A stretch of DNA of 64,000 nucleotides from Octopus vulgaris (Eukaryota): the NCBI GenBank assembly GCA_951406725.2, contig OX597817.1, positions 115,940,001 to 116,004,000 on the forward strand, given 5' to 3'. Positions 1 to 12,765 of the stretch are shown piece by piece. The translations under genes were made by a program, and so were the position numbers. Numbering within the stretch: the stretch's first letter is position 1; every line of letters begins with the position of its first letter. The notes beneath the pieces are model-generated. The model saw only the letters and a list, made by a program, of their open reading frames with translations, made no database searches and had not been told where the DNA came from.

Positions 1-125
1 ACATCTCAGATGTAAAGGTTATGTATCTTTACTTAAGTTTGGTATTGAGTTTATTGTTATCCTTGTTGCTTGTACATTGATACCATAACGTTATAAGTAC
101 CTGATCGGTCCCTCTCTATATATAT

Positions 126-127
<2 letters not shown>

Positions 128-179
<52 letters not shown>
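128..179. repeat. (CA)n microsatellite
   Basis: Uninterrupted CA run seen directly. Confidence 0.97.
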
Positions 180-181
<2 letters not shown>

Positions 182-259
182 ACATATATATGTGTGTGCA
201 TATGTGTGTCAGCGAGTGTGTTTCAAAACCATAACAATGCGAGCTCTAAAAATTATACT

Positions 260-960
260 TTATAGTATATTTCAATATTTGCGGATTAAGGCCGCTGCTT
301 TTTCAGGGAATAGAAATTTAAAAAAAATGGTGTTGCGAACTAGCTTTTGTGCTCTGAATTGTGTGTATATGGAGGGGACTTGCGCAGTATAGTAGTGTTA
401 CATTAGCTAATCTACAGTGTGTAGGTCAGTTCTGTTGTTATAAAAATAGCTTGCTTTTTAGCAAATAATGATGGATGCGTTTCATTTCAGGCTCCGATCG
501 GTGGTGTCAGTCTAGACTTGGGTGTCTTAGGTGTGGTAATTCTGTAACTTCATTTTTAAAGAGGTATTCTTTACTCTGGATGTGCAATTCTCTAATAAAT
601 ATTTCTAATATAAAATTCATTTCATATACACCGTGTGATTTATATACACGATATTTCGGAAAAAATGGGAGATATGATGCTGTGAACTAGATTTTCTGCC
701 TGCTCATTAGTTTGTGTATATGGAGGATGGGCGCCCTTTAGTTGTGTACAGAACGGCTATGATGTTGATAGGGATTTAGCCTTGTTAATGAGGATTGCTT
801 CTTTTATTCTTAGATTTCTAATGTTCCATTCTGTGGCTTCAGTGGACACCTGGATGTCTTGGCTGTGGTATTTTTGTAGGCAATTTTTAACGGAGGACAT
901 ATCAACGTAGTAAAGTCCTTTAATGTGGATGTGCACTCGTCTAATAAGTGCATGTGTATG
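260..960 (-). mobile_element. Two diverged tandem copies (~348 bp period) of a Penelope-like element 3' end (GIY-YIG C-terminus plus 3' flank)
   Basis: Minus-strand translation VKNCLQKYHSQDIQVSTEATEWNIRNLRIKEAILINKAKSL matches the R-x-IKEAI-x-I end of PLE endonucleases. The other copy reads LQNYHT*DTQV*TDTT..KQAIFI. Shared anchors: gaactag at 337/684 and tggatgtgca at 577/926. Confidence 0.6.
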
Positions 961-1429
961 TGGGAGCATAATTGTATTTTCAAACGCTTTTGTATATCTG
1001 TAAAGGTACATGCTTTTATTTACGTATATAAAAGTATGTTGGTATGTGTAAGTAAATAAAGCGATATATACGTATATATACGTATATAGCTTTTTATCAG
1101 TGTTTGTTTATGGGTGGTTAAGTTTTTACAGCTATTGCATGCTAAACAAAATCTAGGTTTTTTCATCTACTAATAAGCCCTGAATAAATTATCATAGCTG
1201 TTTGTTGCTTTGGTATCATGTGATTATATTTTGCGCCTAAAGGGAAAGCTGACACGGTTGGGTGAACATGCTTAGTTAAAACCAAGGCACTCCAAATTTA
1301 ATCTGTCTGGTGGGAGATTGGACAGAAGTATTTGTATGTAGTCCAGTGGCTAAAGGTTGTTAGCTGTGTAGGTTCTTCATTTTAATGCCAGAATGAGTTT
1401 TGTTTTTGAATAGTTATTTGTGTATGTAC

Positions 1430-1700
1430 TGTGTTAAAGTTTGTTAAGTCTTGATTTGTACTTCTGCATGAAGGTAATTTCTTTGTTTATCCGTGCTTCA
1501 TCTGTGGTATTCGCTGAACATAGGTAGAGTGGGAAGACCTGGAATTTGGGAGATTTATTTTTTGCCCATATGTCTGTGTCCGGTCAGAGGAATATGTCTA
1601 GTACTTGGTTTTCGTATTTGTTGACGGTAAAAATCTGTCCTGATTTGAATTTGTATGTTGTGTTTTCAATAAGGCTGGTACCAGTCCCGCAGCTTAGAAG
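1430..1700 (-). mobile_element. Penelope-like GIY-YIG endonuclease C-terminal remnant
   Basis: Frameshifted minus translation YRQQIRKPSTRHIPL / DIWAKNKSPKFQVFPLYLCSANTTDEARINKEITFMQKYKSRLN resembles the PLE EN end (H.QQI...H.D.C...F.VFP.Y...R..KE..FI.K....LN). Confidence 0.7.
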
Positions 1701-2379
1701 TTGTGTGATGTGTTATAGTTTAAAGACTGAATTTCTTGTCTTCCTTAAATATCCTGACAATAACTTTCGCTTTAGCTTCTTTCACTATCTTTATTTTACT
1801 AATAAAATAAAAATAACTTCTTTTCTTTACTGGTCTCTATAGAATGTTCTCTTAAATTTACACACATTTCTGCAAAAATGTGTAAATTTTAGTTTGGTAT
1901 ATACCTGGATTAACTTTCTCTTGTCTCCTGAAATATGATAATGTAATCGTCTGCGCAATGAATATCGCACAATATATTATTATTTGCAAGTGAAAAAGGT
2001 GTTAAGATTATGTCATTTATGTTGTTAAAATAAATGTTACACTACATTCCTATTCTATTCTGATCTCATATATATATATGTGTGTGTTTGTGTGTGTGCG
2101 CGTAGGTGCGAGTGTTGTGTATGTGTAAACACATATATGTATATGTCTAAATGCATACATACACACATACTCACATATATACACCGTAGATATTGCCGAT
2201 GGATGGCTGTTGGTAGTTGCAGCAGCAGGAAGCTTGATGGCTGAGGTAGCTTTTCTCTTTCAGCCTACAAATTATAGTTGCATTGTCGCAACTTTTAAAA
2301 AGTTTGTAGTACAGTAAGTTTAGCAGTAGTTGTCTCTCTTTCTCTTTCACATTTACTGAAATATGTGTTATTGTTGAGT

Positions 2380-2640
2380 TGTGTAATCGCTAAACGCACA
2401 TAAGGAAGAAACCATAAAGTTTGATTATTTCTTATTTGGCTGTGTCGATATGTTCATCGACTTGTATTTGTCTGGATTTTCATATTATAGTTTCCCATTT
2501 ATGCTGAGACATGCATTGCTAAATGGATCGTAAAGTTATTCGAATGTAATCTGCTTCCCATTCTCATTACATACTTGCGTATATTAGGTTTCATTAATAT
2601 AAGATTGGCTTTTGTAAATGTTTGGCCTTTGTAAATATTT
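2380..2640 (-). mobile_element. Highly decayed Penelope-like GIY-YIG remnant
   Basis: Fragments NLIYA, DYIR, RQIQVDEHIDT and NFMVF occur in the expected order on the minus strand, with many indels. Confidence 0.45.
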
Positions 2641-2779
2641 CATTGTCTTGGAGTGTCTGCAGCATATGTCGATATATAGCTGAAGACATCGGTTGGTGAA
2701 GGTGCCCTTTGTCAGTGACTGTATGTTTTAGGAGTTGGTGTTTTAAAATTTCTCATCTAAACCGAATTTTGAGAAGAGC

Positions 2780-3290
2780 CAAATATATATCATTTCGAAA
2801 AGAAAAATTAGCTCAAATCAACGGAGGAAAATGTTAACGTGGGCCAAGCTTCACATAAAATCAACAGAACCAACAATATTAAAATACAGAATATCCAACT
2901 GTGGTTTATGCTTTCAAACGATGGAATTCGCTTTAAAAAAATGGTAACTGTTCAGAATAACAAAATAACTCCGTCTGCACTTCTGCAAACTATATTTATG
3001 AAATTACATACTCAGGGTGTACAGCGAGAAACACATAGGGGAAACCAGAATGTCCTTAAGAGTGCTCATGACTCTTGCATAGATCACAAATTCGAATACT
3101 GGAATACTGGACTCAGTGAAAATACAATCGCAGATACCGGTAAGAGACAATCGACGCATAGCGACTTCCCCTGATATCAATTTGCCGATGGCACATAGTA
3201 ATAGCAGCGCATCAACAATGAAACAACTATCATAACTAAATATCGATCACCTCTAAACGCTGTGCAAAATACTGACCGACTAATACTAAC
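2780..3290 (+). mobile_element. Penelope-like GIY-YIG endonuclease pseudogene fragment
   Basis: Across frames: KYRISNCGLC ... CTSANYIYEITYSGC / EKHIGETRMSLRVLMTL / HRSQIRILEY, i.e. the NLIY-x-I-x-C..YIGET..LR.R..H GIY-YIG signature with an upstream Cys-rich linker. Confidence 0.75.
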
Positions 3291-4436
3291 ATTTCAAGTA
3301 AAGATAAAAAAAAATTTATAGAGTACATCTATATTCCTGACATTTTAAAGGTTCATTTCATCTCATTGAATAATATTCCTTGAACGTATTGGTTTGATAT
3401 ATATATATATATCTGCTACCAACTAATTCTGTTAAAATAGCTTCGGGCAATTCGCGCATCTAAAATATCTCTCCTTTAAATTGTATTCCTTTATTTGCTA
3501 ATGCTGTATATCCGTAGATTAATCCGTAGATTATTTTCCTATCTATCAGTATAGAAATTAGTTTAATATCTTTGGTATCTTTATCATTACTTGTAATATA
3601 CGATTCCGGATGTATCGTATAAATAAGTAAGGAATTTCAGCCTAACCTTGTTTGAATGAAGCTTTTGTTCGCGAAATGCCCGTAGCCATGAGATTTTAAA
3701 TGCACTATAGAGATTTGAAGAATCGACAAAGCGTATGAAGATTTAAATAATAGCCCTTGAAATACTCATAAAGTAATGCATTTGCTGAAGTATTTTTGGA
3801 TGTTGAAAGCGTACACAACAGTAGTAAAGTTAGTGTTAATAACCTTGTTTGTATGAATATGTGAGTTGTAATGAATGACTGGGTGGTGAGAATTATAATA
3901 CCTTACTAGTTCTAACGTTAATGCTGATGCTGATGTGAAGAGTGATTTCAATCGCTCTGACACTTGTATTCGTGATAAAGACAATTTCAATGGTTATGGT
4001 TAGAAAGTGGTGTCGGAGAAGAAGAGGATAAATTTGTTACGTCTGGCGCATGATGATTATTATTAATGATAATGATGGTAACGATGATGATGGTACGAAG
4101 ATAAGGATATTTAGGCCTCTATTCATAGGTATGATGTCGCAGGTGCATGGGAATTAATTTAATCATTATTTAATTTTGGAGTTTTAATAAAATCACAGTT
4201 CTATTTGCCCTGTTCATTTGCGCTGGTAGTAGTGCTAACTTTCAACGGAAACAATTTCTTTTGTGGCTGAAACCTTGCGGATCTATTTTTAGTGCTAGAG
4301 TAGACCACATGGTGGTCACTCTCTTATATTTATGTATAAAATGTGTCGCAATCCGGGTTTTTTATGCACTAAGCCACTTGGTGGTAAATGGATGTGCTAT
4401 TAAATTAGTACCCAATTTTCTCACCCTTATCGGTTG

Positions 4437-4468
<32 letters not shown>

Positions 4469-4472
<4 letters not shown>

Positions 4473-5380
4473 GTCACCTATAAGTTGTGTCCGAATTTTA
4501 AATAAAGAAAACAAGTGATTAAATGTTATATTTAATTGAAATTTAATCATCAATGTACTTTCCCTGATTATCTATGATTTCTTTCCATCTATTTACAAGC
4601 TTTTTAATCCCATCACTGTAAAACTCCTTTGGTTTCAAAGCGAAGAACTTTGAAATGTCAGTTCCGACCTCTTCTTGGCTTGCAAAAGTTATGTCCCCAA
4701 ATGATTTTGTAAACTACGAAACAAATGGTAGTTTGAAGCAGCAAGGTCGTGAGAATAAGGTGGATGAGGAATTTTTCCCAACCAAGTTCTTCGATTTTCT
4801 GTGATGTGATCTTTGAATGTAGGGTCGGGAATTCTCCTTTTGAAACATCATTCCTTGTCGATTCAATAAGCGGGAATTTTTTCTCCAAAGCTTGGTTGAC
4901 ATGCTCTAATTGCTGACAGTAGACTTGAGCATTGATTGCTGCATTAGGTGGTAACAATTCAGAGTGAATTACTCCTTTGCAATCCCACCAGATAGAGAGA
5001 AGGACCATTTTCCCATGAAGTTCCCTTCTCGCTTGTGGTTGAGCTTCTTTCCTTTTATTAAGCTACTGTTTACGGAGTTTAACATTTCGATAGAAGATCC
5101 ATTTTTCGTAACCAATCACAAGTCTATCCAAAAAGGGTAGAATAAGCTGGCGAAAATGGAGAGTAGAGCAGATTTGCGGTTTCTTTCGGTGGTACCCATT
5201 TTACGTTAATGAGGCGCTCATTTTCCAAGTTGCTGGAGATGACAATGAAGAGTTGTATGGTTTGAACTAAGCTTTATTGCCATTTCTTCAACTGATAATG
5301 CAGGATTTTCATCAAGTAATGCCTCAAGAAGCTTATCATCAAACTCACCTGGACGTCCTGTTCGCTCTTCATCTTCAGGG
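4469..5380 (-). mobile_element. Mariner (DD34D) transposon relic, 5'-truncated, one terminal repeat next to (TA)n
   Basis: Frameshifted motifs EDEERTGRP, LDRLVIGYEKWIFYRN, KMVLLSIWWDCKGVIHSELLP..INAQVYCQQL, FQKENSRPY and a HPPYSPDLAP-like segment. The terminus tcaggtcacctataagttgtgtccg follows TA at 4467-4468. Confidence 0.9.
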
Positions 5381-5979
5381 CATCTATATATAACAATATA
5401 TGTATATGCTGATTTGTTCGCATGTGTGCTTTCATGTTTGACTTTATTACTACTGCATATGTGATTAGACTTTACGCACGTGTGCGCAGATAAGTCCCAT
5501 ATGCTTATACATGGCTACGAAATGGGTCCATTCTAGGAAACTGAAGAAGAAAATATTTGTAATGTTTTACATATATGTTTTATGCCTATTCACTGTAGTA
5601 CTAAATAAATAGATTTCATGGATGCAAAATGGTTGCTTCTCGTTTCTGGATTACCTTCATCGTAGAACTGTTGTAAAGGTCCTGTGTTTCGTAAAAATAA
5701 GAATCTGGAAACAGGATCACACTGTGTAAAGTTTCTTTCCCCACAATATGAATCACCTCATGTATATCTTTTGAGCAGCTAAACTCTCTAATAGGGAACT
5801 GATTTCATTTCTTTTTCTTTAGAATAATATTAGTGAAAACTTTCACATACGAAGCCATCTTGTCATGTTACACAATTACTTCTTAGTCATATAAATGTTA
5901 TTGTATCATAGTTGTGTATACTTGTGTAGAGCCGTCACCAAAATGCCTCTTGTAGTTAGAAAATTTAAAAGCTTGGTAC

Positions 5980-6132
5980 GTATGTATGTATGTATGTATG
6001 TATGTATGTATGTATGTATGTATGTATGTATGTATGCATGCATGTATGTATGTATGAATGTGTGTATATGTACATATACATATTTGTATGTATATACAAA
6101 CACATATGTATATGTACATATACACATGTATG

Positions 6133-6171
<39 letters not shown>

Positions 6172-6278
6172 AGTTTTTGTACATGTGTATATATATGTAT
6201 ATGTATATATGCATATAGTTTATAAGTATAAATGTATATATATATATATATTTGCGTATTTATATATATGGATATATG

Positions 6279-6351
<73 letters not shown>

Positions 6352-6389
6352 GTCTATACATATATACATACGTACACATATATGTATGC

Positions 6390-6439
<50 letters not shown>

Positions 6440-6681
6440 CTCTTATCTTTTTATATACTACTCTAAGGAGATGGAGGAGGAATATCTGAAGTAAATCAAG
6501 TGGTGTTTATATGTACATCAAGTATCCACAGATTGTAAGCGAGCTTTAATCGGCATACTACCAGGTATATACATAAGTCTAAAATAATTACTTATGATTA
6601 CTATTGTTAGTATCTATATGTTTATATGCACGCATATATATGTGTATATATATATATATATGTAGATATATATATATGTAG

Positions 6682-6712
<31 letters not shown>

Positions 6713-6715
6713 CGC

Positions 6716-6778
<63 letters not shown>

Positions 6779-6800
6779 CGTGTGTGTGTGTGTGTGTAAT
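5980..6800. repeat. Compound microsatellite field (TATG)n/(TA)n/(TG)n with a ~190 bp unique interruption
   Basis: Seen directly; it explains the YI/MYVC-rich ORFs at 5895-6494. Confidence 0.95.
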
Positions 6801-9145
6801 ATGTATGTATTTTAGGTTATAATGATCAAAGAATCGATGAAGTTAAGACGCTGTTTTTTTTTACTAACCCGTAATCGCAATATTGTTAAGGATATGTAAC
6901 GAAGAATAAGCATAGAGTGTGCTGTAGAATAAAATAAAAACACAGTCTTTTTCATTTGGAGCTTTTATTTTGGCGTTGGCATAATACAACTATTAAGGAT
7001 ATGCATCTCCCAAGTTCGTTGGGTAACTCCTGAAAACGGAGTGACTCACAAATTTGCTGAGTAATCATTTGAATCTCAGCGAATGGAATTACAAAAGAAA
7101 ATTCCGATATTGAAGTGTAAACAGTGTAAGTGTTTTAAAGTTGTCATTCAGTATAGTATAAAATAGATGGGCCTTTGAAGGTGGCGGGTGATGTCTAAAT
7201 GTAGTTAACATATTCTTAAAGTAAAACGACTCCTTATAGAATGAAAATATCGTTTCCGATGATTTTAATCTTTTTCATATTAATGATTATATTTGTCATT
7301 ATATACAGAACCCCTACAATACACGTCCAAAGTTTACATCTTAAATATCAGAATTTTCATTTGTATTTAAATTTACTAAAAATTAATTTACCGCTCTGCA
7401 AATAATTCTCTCTTCCACTTCAAGAGCTGGCTAGACGGGACTAGGAGTTTCATAGTGTGTTGCATAACTTCAATATTTGTATTGTGCTGACATGGGAAGC
7501 CATACTTTTGGTTATATTTTATGTATGCATTTTATGTGTGTATGCATGTACGTATGTATGTTATGCATGAAGGAGCAATATCAAAACATATAGTGTAAAC
7601 ATATTGCATTCTTTCTACCTTTCTTCATCACTCTATCAAATTCTTCATATCAAACGACTTCTCTTTCCCAGCTGTAGCACCTTTGCTATTGTTGACATAT
7701 ACAACCTGTTTTGAATACTTATATTTTAATTCCAAATTTATATATACTTACATCAATTCTTGCATACATTTATCGTTGCTTTATTCGATTCTTCAATCTG
7801 TTCACCAAGTCAAATAATATCCAAATATGCTGTCGTTAAACATGTCATTTATAACATTTTGATTCTTTTAATTGCACTTAATTAAACTGTCCGCATTAGA
7901 TATTGTTTTATCACTCCAGGAGCTTTTTGTAGTACGTGTACGATGTAAAACTCTATTTTGTGTGCTAAATTATTCGAGCCGCCTGCGAAAGAAGTATTTA
8001 TGATTTACTATTTTGCTTTCCACTTCATTAGCAATGAGAAATTGTAATAGACTTTGCATGTATATCAGTGTAGTTTCTTTACTTTGGTGTTAGACTGAAA
8101 TTTGAAACACATTTTAATGTCACTAAATATGGAAATTACCTATCTATGATTTTTAAAACTCATACGCCAGTTGTATGAGAAACAGTAGTCTAAGCGTCAA
8201 CATCAACTGAAACTACATCTGCTTCTATCCAAGAAATCTCATGGTTGATTCAAGAACACATTCCAAATTCAGAATATCATATATAACCATGTTTTATTCT
8301 ACACAGTAATAAAAAAAAAAAACAAAAAGAAAAAGAAATAAACAGATCCAATTTTAAATATATTCGAATAAATTATGAAGTAAATGCCGAGAGCTTAATT
8401 ATTACACACGGTGTCTTTTTCTCTTGTGATTTTATCTCCAAACTGAAGGTCAGATGTAGAGATCTGAGTACCGTATATGCCGACGTACATAATTCGCTTT
8501 TTAAAATTATTGATGTAACAGTAAATTGCTATACATCTAATGTGAACGTGTTACGAATGAGATACCCACTTATGAATGTTTGACGAAAATTATTAAATTT
8601 TTTCCACAAAATATAATAAGGGTATCTTATGCAAAATGCGTTTTAAACGCCGGCGAAAACGGTAGCAACAGAACTTGTTACACGATAAAACCTGATTCTT
8701 ATAGTGTTGTTATTGAATAAGCATTCTCATTTTATAGCAATATTCGTAGACAACAGTTTTAAATTTCTTACACCTAATTTGAAGAATGTCACGTTTTATC
8801 TGTCAGCCATATCGGGCTACATTTTGGCTGCTTACATATAGAAGCTAAAATAACTAAAATATATTATCACTGAACGGATGGTTTCAGGTGTTTTTTGGTA
8901 GGTTGCACTATTTTTAAGCATTAATTTTTATTGAATGTTATTTTGGTATTTTGGGATAGGAACACTTAATATAGAACAACGAATGCAGTCTTGTTGTTTG
9001 AAAAAGATGTTATCTTGTACAAGAAGAACGATTAGTTCTGCTTCCACAGTGTATACGTTAGTTTCCTGTGTAACCATTGAATTTAGTTGAGAAACTCACT
9101 TTTCCAACATTATGATATATTTATGAATAGGCTCTGCTTGCTAAA

Positions 9146-9700
9146 TTCTTCTTCTCCTTCTTCTTCTTCTTCTTCTTCTTCTTCTTCTTCTTCTTCTTCT
9201 TCTTCTTCTTCTTCTTTTTCTTCTTCTTCTTCGTCTTCTTCTCCTTCTTCTTCTTTTTCTTCTTCTTCTTCTTCTTCTTCTTCTTCGTCTTCTTCTCCTT
9301 CTTCTTCTTTTTCTTCTTCTTTTTCTTCTTCTTCTTCTTCTTCTTCTTCTTCTACTACTACCTCGTCTTCTTCTTCTCCTTCTTCTTCTTTTTCTTCTTC
9401 TTCTTCTTCTTCTTCGTCTTCTTCTCCTTCTTCTTCTTTTTCTTCTTCTTTTTCTTCTTCTTCTTCTTCTTCTTCTTCTTCTACTACTACCTCGTCTTCT
9501 TCTTCTCCTTCTTCTTCTTCTTCTTCTTCTTCTTCTTCTTTTTCTTCTTCTTTTTCTTCTTCTTCTTCTTCTTCTTCTTCTTCTTCTACTACTACCTCGT
9601 CTTCTTCTTCTCCTTCTTCTTCTTCTTCTTCTCCTTCTTCTTCTTCTTCTTTTTCTTCTTCTTTTTTTTTCTTCTTCTTCTTCTTCTTCTTCTTCTTCTT
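9146..9700. repeat. Long (TTC)n triplet repeat with higher-order variant units
   Basis: About 550 bp of TTC with recurring variants (tctcct, ttttct, tactactacctcgtc); source of the poly-Ser ORF 9087-9818. Confidence 0.95.
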
Positions 9701-12544
9701 TTTGGTATTATTAGTTCCGTATATGGCAAAAACAAGTAAGAGACTGGATAATGCTTATATTACTTTTAACACATCCGTTCAAATATCAGTCGCACTGATT
9801 TACACTTTTCCTTCATAGTTATTTAAAATATATACATTCAAGTACTAGTACTAGTTTCGATTTATTCGAGCGTACTCGATCCATTAAAAGGCGAAGCTTT
9901 GAACCAATGTTGGAGATACCTATTATAAGTATTTGACAAACAATATATCAAGCGGTCCTCATTAAGTTTACTTTCGTCTCCACAATCTTTACAAATGTTG
10001 GGATAGCCAAAGTGTTAGTTTCACTTTATAACGTGTTTTTATCTCCTTCTTGTATATCCACCTACTTCAATAACCTTTATCTACTTTCGTAAAGGAAATC
10101 ATATAAAAAGCATACATCTTCACCTCTCGTCGCTTTCATTATCTGTTACAGTAAAGTCTTCCGTCAACTTTTTTTTTAATATCAGTTTTTATTAACTTTC
10201 AGGTTCTATTTAAAGTTTCTCGGCGATCGTTCAATAGGTTTATTGTTTTCTTGCAGATTGGGGTTGTCTGAAAACGGATGAACTTTTCTAAATTACGTTG
10301 TGTATCAATCAATAGAAAATCCATATATTGGAGAAATATTGATTAAAACCATTTGCGTTCATTTAATTCAGACGCACACCATTTTATTATACGTTTTCGA
10401 GTCAACAAGCTATTTTCTCGCCGCATACATCTTGTGAGTGTCATATTTAGAGAAGGAAAATAATTAGGTTTCATACAAAAGAATATCTGTTTGATTACAT
10501 GGCTATGACATGAATTTGAAAGATTTGAGTGGTGCATTCATAGTAAATAATAGACAGTATTTCAAATTGAATGCTAATGTTACTTTGTATGTATAGAAAA
10601 TATGATGTTCACATTCAGTACTTATGATAAAAATAACTTTTTTCACTTCCAAATAAGAGAATGAATGATATTGCTGTTTATGAATCTGTAATTTGCTAAC
10701 GATTACCCACACAATGCATTTTAACAACTATATTCATAGTACGTGCCACACACATACACACACGAGCGCATATATATATATATATATATCATGACACTAG
10801 ACACTGTAACTCAGTTCATTCAATTTCCTTCGTCTCTGAAACATTTAAATCTTTTGGCTGTCGTTACTTCTATCTATTGCTTACCACCTTTCCGTGACTT
10901 AGTATTTTTCTACATTTGAATATTAAGAATACAGTTGAATATTCTACAGCAAGTACATTTATCTCAACTGACTGCAAAGTCGGTTAAGATTACTTAATAA
11001 TTCTACTCACCATGATTTATTTCATTGGCAAGACGTGCATTTTACCTGTGGGAGGAAATATTAGGGATTTTCTCCAATATTTAACACAGGAGTTGATTTT
11101 TTTTTATTAAAAACTGTTCACAGAAATATTTTAATCAGCAAAGCCTCTGTCTGTGTACTGAATGATAATTCTAATTTTTACCCAAAAACAGTGAAATTTG
11201 ACGAAAATGTGTTTCTGCTAACATGTCGACAGAACACATAGACGCACTGTCAGCGGATCGAACGCTTATCGCTGCAATCATTACATATTCATTATATGTC
11301 TCCACCACTTATCAAATGGGACTGAAAATCATAAACATAGGAAGTTCGGTAAGTAGCTTATTCAGCAAAAGATCAAGGTGTATTGCATATCTTGAATTCA
11401 TCAATATCGACAGAAATATTAATGCGTAAGTTGCCGAAAGTAAATGAACTACATTTAATATGAATAGATTGGAGTGAATATCGCATTATATAATGATTAA
11501 ATAAATATCGACAATATAAATGAATAAAAAATATCACTTGAAACATTCTTTCATAAATACAAATACACGTCTTTTGACGGTGAATTCTCGTTACATAAAT
11601 TAATGCAAGCATGTTTCTAAAGTTAATATGTAGTTCAGAAGCGTGAATGCAAGATATATAGTTTTCAAAGACTCATGTCTCATAGTTATGGCGGCATGAC
11701 ATGGATCTTGTACAAAAAATTCGATTGAAAGGAAGACTGCTGCAAGGCTATTTTCACATCAATAGTATCTCCAAGTTTGTGCATGAAATCTACTGCAATT
11801 TCATTAATCAGAGCCAATATTTCTTCGACATCTTTTTACTTATTTTTCCATTTTACGTCAATGGAAAATGTTTTATGTAATTTTATCGTATCGGTGATAT
11901 GCTTAAATAATTTGATTCTTTAGCAAAATTCACATGAACATCTCAAAACGGAGGTATATGATGCAGCTTGTTACTTAAGATTACTTAAGAAAGTATAAGG
12001 AATGTTTTACTCCATATATTATTGCTGTAAAATATAAACGTATAGAGAATTCATTTATGCACAGTTAATTTGTCTTCCAGCGGCTGAAACAATAACTTTT
12101 GGAGCTAATATATTCGAGGCGACATGTAACATTTTGTTGATGTTACTAGTAAGTCGACAGATGTGTCACTTCTCCTCTGATCTACTGTGTCATTCAGCTT
12201 TCCATGCTAAATTACACCAAGTTTGAATTTCTCCTTCATATAAGCAATGTTACCGACAGTAAAGAGCATGTGAACCATCGGTGAGTAGTGTATTCATTCC
12301 TACAACAGGTTTCACATATTCTCCCGAGCAATTTGTTGTGTTTGTCAATAGAGTATGGAATTTACTTAGCCGCCGGACGTTAATACCTCTACATGCCGAG
12401 AATAAAGTAGAAAATTTTGGAAGTAAGTGACATCGACGAATTAATCTTAAATACGAAAATTTGAGATAAAAGACATTGATGAAATTCATTTTAAATACGT
12501 CATACGTTCGTATATATGATTGTTAATATTAGTTATACATTTAA

Positions 12545-12765
12545 GGTGGTGAACTGGCAGAATCGATAGCACGCTGAGAAAACATGCATAGCGGCATTTC
12601 GTCCGTCTTTACGTTCTGAACTGAAATCCCGTCGATGAAGATTTTGCTTTTCATTTGTGTTGGATCTTTCAGGGCTCTATAAAATAAATATCGGTTGAGC
12701 ACCGGGGGCTATGTAATTGACTTCCCCAAGACAGCTGGCTTTGTGTCTCAAAATTTGAAATCAAT
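12545..12765 (+). mobile_element. tRNA-derived SINE, octopus-type family, near full length
   Basis: Head ggtggtgaactggcagaatcgatagcacg, B-box-like gttctgaactgaaatcc, core ttttgcttttcat...tttcagggc..ataaaataa and tail aaatttgaaa. Homologous to copies at 46840, 48149 and 53249. Family assignment is from recall. Confidence 0.8.

Noticed and set aside
5895-6494. Overlapping YI/MYVC/HT-rich ORFs (also at 27.7-28.2, 30.9-31.2, 41.8-42.1 and 44.5-44.8 kb)
   Set aside because: Translations of TA, TATG and CA microsatellites.
9087-9818. 243 aa serine-rich ORF
   Set aside because: Open only because (TTC)n has no stop codon; no splice or homology support.
10243-10440. Strong acceptor ttgttttcttgcag and donor-like gtgagt bracketing ~177 bp
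   Set aside because: All three frames contain stops; a non-coding exon cannot be supported without transcript data.
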